From NCBI GenBank assembly GCA_038496445.1, contig JALMLS010000426.1, forward strand, positions 1 to 52,930: a DNA stretch of 52,930 bases, given 5' to 3'. The position numbers and the translations under genes were made by a program. Origin of the DNA: Trichosphaerium sp. ATCC 40318. Lineage: Eukaryota; Protista; Tubulinea. Position 1 is the first letter of the stretch, and the number at the start of each line of letters is the position of its first letter. Below the pieces are notes generated by a model. It had not been told where the DNA came from. It ran no database searches and worked only from the letters and a program-made list of their open reading frames with translations. Shown here in pieces: positions 39,413 through 52,930 of this stretch.

Positions 39413-39919
39413 ATGAAGGTTGTATTTTTGGACGTTGATGGGGTAGTATGCTTGGCTGGACCTGGTATGTACGCTCTACCAGGTAAGAGGAAATTTAACA
39501 GCGACGCTGTTGAAAGAGTGAAGAAAATTGTGGATGAAACACGAGCTGTCCTCGTATTGTCTTCTTCATGGCGTACTAAAGAAAAGAATCGCATGGAAGC
39601 CCAAACACTATTAGTTGAAGCTGGATTACCAATATTTGAAGGTAAAACTACAATAAACAGCGCTCATACACGCTGATATTTAAAAGGATGGACTCCGACG
39701 CTTGAAAAGGGCCATGGTAAGCGAGATGAGGAGATTATCGCCTGGCTTGATGAACATAACCCTAACGGTGAAATTACTCACTGGGTTGCTTTAGACGATG
39801 GTGATCTTTTGTCTGGACTTGCCAAAACACGCATGAAAGGACATGTAGTCCGTACAGACAAACGTAGTGGCTTACTTGATCATGACACTGCCAATGCTAT
39901 CAAGATACTCATGAAATAA
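39413..39919 (+). CDS. HAD-superfamily phosphatase, Swiss Army Knife RNA-repair type
   Basis: VFLDVDGV, LVLSSSWR, RDEEIIAWL and WVALDD; one intron. Confidence 0.85.
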
Positions 39920-40134
39920 AACACAGTTTGTACACTGTATTCAAATCAAGTTTTCAAATGAACATGTGACAACGTAACTTGTATAAGAAAAAACAAGGAA
40001 CACTTTCGCAAAAAAACGGAAGGCTACAATTACTTTTGTACATTTCAGATAATACAACATCTCGTTTATTGAACTTTTTTGCAAGATGCTCTTTGGAGGC
40101 CGGTTGGTTACAGCATCATATCTTTAGTATCAAC

Positions 40135-40207
40135 GGGATAGTGGTGTAAATGGTTAGCATGCGGCATTACCAGTGCTGGGATCGCAGTTCAAGTCTGTGC
40201 TATCTCA
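40135..40207 (+). tRNA. tRNA with ACC (Gly) anticodon
   Basis: GGGATAG/CTATCTC, GTGT/GCAT D stem, CGGCA-TTACCAG-TGCTG, CGCAG-TTCAAGT-CTGTG, downstream TTTTT. Confidence 0.75.
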
Positions 40208-40362
40208 ATATTTTTGTTTTTCCTCAACATTCAAATTGGAATATTCCTAATGCGTTATCACCTTCTTGGAGCAAGATGTACTAAAGATATTGTTAAACTT
40301 ATTGACATGCAGCAATGGTCAGTTTATTACTAGTAGAACAGCGCAAAGTCGTATTCATATGT

Positions 40363-41541
40363 CTACTGAGTTAAACTTGTGTCAGAAAGTGCTTCTTTAA
40401 CTCCTTCTCCAAGGAATTCAATCAAATTAGGACAAGCTTTGGCAATGTTACGTAGCCCTTGTGGAGTTATCCCCTTCAGTTTTCCAACATCCAGGTACTT
40501 CATAGTAGGGCATGATATTCCATCCAATTTTGTTCCAGTAAATTCAACATTGCAGTAACTAGATATTTTAAGCCTTACCAAAGGCAACTGAAACAATACT
40601 CTGAATGAATCATCACAGCCGCTTTGGTTTAAATGGATGTACTTAATCTTCTTGCAATGTGTTAACAAGGCTTCTGAAAACTCTTTCTGTAATTCCTGAG
40701 TACTAACGCTGGCCCAGCTAGGGTTGGATGGCAATATAAACTTAGCCAAAGACTCAACGTTTGGTAAACGAGGAAGAAACCATTTCCTGATAAAATGATA
40801 GTTTGCTGGTTCTGAACGTGTACAGCTGAGTGAAAATACTCTGAGCTTGTGGAATGCTGGTGTATCTGAAAGTGGTTCATCAGAAATACTTGGGATGCTA
40901 AAAATAGGTTTATGAGGCCGCCAGTGTCGAGTACTGCTGTTACTCCGCCAAAAGAGCTCTAGGATTTCAACTCGTGGTGCCATTTTCAATACTGTTCGAA
41001 AAAAAGAAAACGCATTACCACATCGCTTAACGCTTAAATTTGTAATCAATGGTAGTGGCGATGTCTTGAATACATGTTCTAGAGAATTTAGCGTCTCCTT
41101 CGAGTGTTCATTGATGACGAGAATCTCCACTGAGTGAGAAATTATTGAGAAAAGTTCATGAAGCATGTCAGAATTAACAGCTGCATTTCTCCTCCTGTTG
41201 CCTTCAAGAATGACTCTTAATACTTTAGAACCCTTTGGGATTTTCTTTATAGCTTCAAGCGTATTTCTACTGAACTCTTCGGTGATTATCTTGAGACTTA
41301 TTGAATAGTCAATGCACTTGCTCAAGATCATTGCGCCTTGAGCAACATTTTCCTCGTTGAAAGTGACTTCAGCGAGTGGTTTAATATACATGGTATTTTG
41401 CCAGGCTTTAGACACACGTAGTGCTACAGCACGTGTGCCAAGTGATAGATACGGGCATATGAGATGTGCTGCAAGAGGTTGAGAGAAATCCCTTCTAAAA
41501 ACTGTCAATGGCGTAGGGTTGTAAAAAACTTGGTGTAACAA
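40363..41541 (-). CDS. F-box-like/LRR (RNI-like) protein; main exon, with 5' exons upstream
   Basis: LICPYLS..ALRVSKAWQ F-box-like segment; LRRs ending ITPQGLRNIAKACPNL. Confidence 0.7.
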   Translation of the reverse strand: MLHQVFYNPTPLTVFRRDFSQPLAAHLICPYLSLGTRAVALRVSKAWQNTMYIKPLAEVTFNEENVAQGAMILSKCIDYSISLKIITEEFSRNTLEAIKKIPKGSKVLRVILEGNRRRNAAVNSDMLHELFSIISHSVEILVINEHSKETLNSLEHVFKTSPLPLITNLSVKRCGNAFSFFRTVLKMAPRVEILELFWRSNSSTRHWRPHKPIFSIPSISDEPLSDTPAFHKLRVFSLSCTRSEPANYHFIRKWFLPRLPNVESLAKFILPSNPSWASVSTQELQKEFSEALLTHCKKIKYIHLNQSGCDDSFRVLFQLPLVRLKISSYCNVEFTGTKLDGISCPTMKYLDVGKLKGITPQGLRNIAKACPNLIEFLGEGVKEALSDTSLTQ

Positions 41542-41931
41542 CTAAAAATTGCAATAACAGAGTAGGCTACGGTTATTGTAACTAAAGCGCCCACTAAGCA
41601 TTGAATTAGTTAAATCAACGAAGAATTTAACATAACCAATGCTTTAGGTGAAAGCTCAGCGAGAAAACTTAAAATTGAGCGTACGGGATGTTCATGAGGT
41701 ATTTTTTTTGAGGTGAGATTAAGTATGGTATTTGGGACAAAACGCGACAATTTACATTAAGTCAACATAATGCTTTGTCAAGTCTTCGATACTGACATGC
41801 ATGTTTGTATTCCAAACCAAGCGGATTATGTACATATTGAACAAGGTAAGGGTTTTGGCAAAAATGTACAACTAAAGACCTTTTAACCACTTGTTTGTGA
41901 TATAAAGAAACATATATTATTTTGTTTCATA

Positions 41932-48329
<6,398 letters not shown>

Positions 48330-49614
48330 AATACACAATTTAGGTTTACTAACACAATGCAATAAACATTTATGTAACTGTTTTAACGCTTTTTTTTTTT
48401 CGTTTTTGGCTTTTCTTGTTGACCATCATTGAACAAGGGTTACTGACTTTCAAATAAAACAAGCCAAAAACAAAAATACAGAAAGCGAAAGAAGTAACTT
48501 CTAGTTTATTGCAAAAGGTTAACACTTATTCAGTAAACCAAACAAAATCTCCAAATCGGTACTATGGCTATTTGTGTCCTAGTTGGCTTTAGTTCATTAT
48601 CTTCCAAGTCCCAAAAGTTTCATTCTTGATTGAACAAGGCGCTTTACTCACACCCGTTAGATTGTAAGTTACTGTTGAGTTGAAAATAAATAGATTTTGA
48701 ATGAACCTTGTATTTCATAACCGCTGGAATAGAAGCTGCTTTGCAAACATAGATTCTAATATTTAAACGCTAGTGCTTCTCACTTTCCACACTAATCACA
48801 TCATTGGTTTTAAGTACTATTCAAGAAATCGATAGCTTCAGAGGCTACATGTGAGATTCTCATTAGATTTTGTCCACAAGAGTGGAAGGAGTGAAAAAAA
48901 GTTAAGGGGTCTGTTTCGAAAATTGCCAAAAAAAAAATCAATCATGTGATTGAAACTATTCTCAATTACATTCGGAAAAAGTCGCTCAAGCAATAGATAG
49001 GTAGTTTTTTGTTGCATAGAACGTATTTTAAGCGATCAAGACATCCAACTGGCGCATTATTAAAGATATTGCACGACACAAAAAGTAAAAAAATCTTGAA
49101 AGTGTTTCACTCTCTTCTACGTAAGGAAACAATGCGTAGAGCACCAACAGCATCCAGAGAATGTTTTTCGTCGATATTCACAGTGATGGGAAGTTTATTG
49201 ACTCGATGTACATCACGTCAAAGCTTGTCAAAAGGCACTTTACATCCTCCACTAAGGAAGAAAACCAATATGAGCTACAAGAAACCCTCTTCTGATTCTA
49301 GTACGTCACAATACCACGTGACCTTCAACAGTTCTATTTCGCTTACAACATTTAGACAATAACACAAAGTCTATCCCATACGGACGGGCAGGGCCCAGTG
49401 GATCGCCACACATAGCTTGTGCGTACTTTTTGAATTCGTTTTTTACCAGTTTCATCAACAGCTTCGTTAACGGTTTTAGTTAACGAGCCACCAGAGCCAC
49501 GAAGAACAGCTAACTGCTCTCCTGAACCAAAGTACGTAGAGTAAATCAACTACTTTTTATTTTATTTTACACCGTCACTTGTTTTTGACGTCATAAAAAA
49601 AATAAAAATCTCCT

Positions 49615-50678
49615 TTGCTTACAATTTGCTATAGAGCGTCACCGACAATAGATAATGTGGACCTCTCCAAACACATATTTAAGAGTACGTTTCCTACGTT
49701 TTGTGTTCACGTTGCTAATACCAACTTAGTAAACTGCGAGCAGCAAACAGAAGAACCTGAACAGCTGCTTGATTTTGAGTACGTTTTCAGACTTTTTTTT
49801 TCACCTAAACTGCGCTCTAACGACTTTCTCAGTCTACCAGAGCGTAAAATGGTTTTAGATAGGAACGGTAATCGCTCTGCCGGCGATTGGAAACACATAG
49901 GGCAGTTAAATGCATCGGTTTTTAATAAAGCCACACGGTTGCTCTGCCACTTGATTCGTCATGTGGTAGAGCAAAGCGCTATCAAGGTATCTTGGAGAGG
50001 CGCATACAGCGAAATACGAGACCTTCCAGGCTGGAGGGCGTTTTTCGAAAACAATTGGACGGAGTTCTATACCTTGCTCGGCTTGAACACGGTCGAAAGA
50101 GAAGAGCTTGAATACTGCCTTTACCGACTAGTGGAGAACAGGCATATGGTTGCACACGACGGTCAAAAACCGTTAAAAAAAGTGTCTGGTTTTAAGTTTG
50201 CAACGAGTATGCCTGATTCATTCTATTTTGTAAGGAGAAGTTTTAAAATAATAACTGGTAAAGTGCCAGCAGAAGCAGAAACATCTCGACTCTTCATCGG
50301 TTCGTACTTTTCAACAAACAGTTGTTTTTGTTCCTTTTTTTTTCTTGTTTTTCAACGCTAACTCTATATGTAGACTGTATGAGAGATATGCTCGAAGAAT
50401 TCAACTTCTTGATGGAGAATAGAGAGGGTTTTTACACAGAAACCGAGGTGCAACAAATTGTTTGTGAACACCAAATAGAAAATGAAGCACTTCGAGCAGA
50501 AAACAGAAAACTGCAACTAGAAAATAAGCTCTTGAGGAGGTTGGTGGACATCCCAGAAAAGAAAGAAAACAAAAGAAAGAGGGAGAAGGACGAAGAAGAT
50601 GAAGAAGACAGTAATGAAGACAAAGACTTAATTGAACATCATCCAAAAAAAAAACAGCGAAAGTCACCATTAAACTGA
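49615..50678 (+). CDS. Protein with Swt1-like HEPN motif and C-terminal coiled coil/NLS (5' exons uncertain)
   Basis: FFENNWTEF...LVENRHMVAHD (Rx4H); PKKKQRK. Confidence 0.55.
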
Positions 50679-51484
50679 CTTTAATTAACTCTTCTCTAAA
50701 ACCTTTTTCAATATAAAACTTGTACAGTAATTGCACTTAAATAGAATAAATATAATTAGATTAGTTAGATTTCGTAAGTCTACTATTGACAGCTTTTTTT
50801 GAGTAACGAAACACTATTTTGGTCTTTTCGTGTTTTTAGCTTCTATTTGTTAGGTGTTAAGTCTTATCCTCACCCTAAGTTCAACCAAACATCTTACCTT
50901 TCTCACCAAGCGATGGAGACTGTGGGTGCAGGTATCTAAAGTTCACTACTACCAAACGATATAATCCTTTTCTGACAAGCGTAGCACGTGCAATTAGCCA
51001 AAGTCGTATGCCTTCTTTGGTTTGTTACATTAAAGGTTGTATTGCCTCCAAGAGTATACATTATATAACGGTGCGGAGATATGAAATCATAAAGACGTAT
51101 CGCACATGACCGTAGAAAACAGGAATCTACACTCAAACTTATTTTGACGAACTGTTTGGCTCTACTGAAAACATAGTGTGAGCGCCCACATGCTCACAAA
51201 AAATTTATTGTCTTGTTCAGTAATAACGTCCACGGACAATAACAAGCTAAATTTTTACTTTAGAATGCCCTTAAAGTAGCATGGTACTGTCAAATGACTC
51301 CATCAATGTAAACTGTGAAAGAGGTCCGTTATAACAGAGGGATAACGTATGATTTAAAAATACAACCAAATCTGTTAGCACATTCTACTTTTCTAATGTC
51401 ATCATCGTTAAGGCACTACCGGGAAGGTATTATTATTGTACTTTGCTTTTTACAGATTTTCGAGCATAACATGCAACATAACTT

Positions 51485-52930
51485 TTATATAGTGGCTATT
51501 CTGTCATTTAAGAACTTATCCTTTACAACATCTATAACTTGACTCATTTTTGTGGTATCCAAAGCGCTAAATTAAACACGTCAATAATCATAATCAGTAC
51601 CATTATCTCATGTACCAAGTTGCGTGACAATGTATTAAGTGCCTATCACGCCTCTTTACACAGCCTAGAACCTTCACTTCAATCAACTGCAAGGCTATAA
51701 AATGTTGTAAGCAAATCTTTTGAGATGGTTTGGTTTTTTTCGCTTACCTTCTAAAGTTGATGGTTCTTTGGGTACAGTGGGGTATTGCTTCATAAATTTT
51801 GAAGCCCCTCGAGTTGTTTTAAGCCTTTTACTCAGTATATCAACCTTATTTAAGAATACAACCATTGGTTTGTTCTACAAAGAGAACCCTTGTCAGAAAG
51901 CAAAAAAAACGTTTCCTGTCTCATACGTACATGAAAGACAGGCATGTTGGCGTGTTCTTTCCATAGATTTAATGCAGTATTTAATTTTGTACTAGTTTTA
52001 TCTTCTGGATCTTTAACATCATACTCATCAACAGCAATAATAAAAATGACAGCCATGACATGGTTAAAAAAGTGAAGCCTGTTTTTGTATACATTAAAAA
52101 AAAGTCAAACCAGCTTCGCAAGCGCGTACCATTTCCTTCTTTCTGTACGTTGTCCACCGACGTCTACGATATGCCACATGTGTTTGCCTACAGAGCATCT
52201 AGTCTCAACCACGCCAGTAGTGCTTTGTCGAGCTTGTAAAATATCTGCGTGGCTAGGCTGGTATCTAAAAAATAAAACTTAGATATTTTGAAAAACTTTC
52301 TTGTATCTTGCTACATACGTTTCTCTAGTAATACTAATTGCTTTGTTCATCAAATGAGATACATTATGCATAAAAGTAAATTGATTCTGTTCCCAATAAG
52401 TAAGCACTAAAGTGAGGATTAATCAACTGCGTAAAAACGACTCAAATTGCTGTGATAGCAACCTTTTTCGTTCTTCCAAAGCCTGGATATATCCTTCCCA
52501 AGTTCGGGAGATATTTCAGAGTTATATGGATTTAATTTCATCATAGAATCGAGCAATTTAAGCAACTCCTCGTCGTCTCCCTGGAAAAAAAAAATCGATT
52601 AAGAAAAAAACGTTACAAGGCACGTGACAACAAAAAAAGTTTCAAATTTAGTTCACAAAAAATACCTCGTATTGGTCCAAAAATCTGGCGGATAAATATT
52701 TAGCACTCTCTATGAGGTTCTTTTGTATTACAGTCCTACATAAAACGATTCAGTTTTTATTTAGAAGGAGAAAGGTCCGACCTAAAGTTAGCCATTTCGG
52801 CATCTGAAAATGAACCATAAAGAGTCTGTATTTGCTTACGAATAGTCTGAAGGTATATATTAGTGGTAAACAAGGCGTAATCGGAAGTACCGATTTACCA
52901 GAACCAGAGATGCCCAACAGGAGTAAATCC
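51485..52930 (-). CDS. Heterotrimeric G-protein alpha subunit (5' end off the window)
   Basis: GISGSGKS, RQSTTG, DVGGQRTERRKW, LNKVD and TCALD. Confidence 0.95.

Noticed and set aside
50900-51340. Possible small minus-strand gene
   Set aside because: No recognisable motif or convincing exon chain

Overview
AT-rich, gene-dense eukaryotic DNA with many short spliceosomal introns, most consistent with an amoeboid or other protist (inference; the organism cannot be identified from sequence alone). The ORF track shows only exon fragments, so gene models were spliced by eye and their ends are approximate. Recognisable genes: La-motif protein, BAR-RhoGAP, calcineurin-like phosphoesterase, PAP2/Aur1-like phosphotransferase, pelota, TauE-family transporter, MFSD1, MORN-repeat protein, subtilisin, HAD (Swiss Army Knife-type) phosphatase, two F-box/LRR proteins, USP32-like deubiquitinase and a G-alpha subunit. 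The most notable signals are: (1) an F-box plus deiodinase-fold selenoprotein with an in-frame UGA and a well-formed SECIS; (2) two covarying tandem hairpins filling an unusually long GC-AG intron; (3) atypical tRNA genes, namely a tRNA with ACC (Gly) anticodon and a dicistronic GAA/AAG pair duplicated in inverted orientation; (4) a decayed SAP-nuclease-kinase (Crinkler-like) gene, a HEPN-motif protein, dermatopontin-like paralogues and frequent GC-AG introns.
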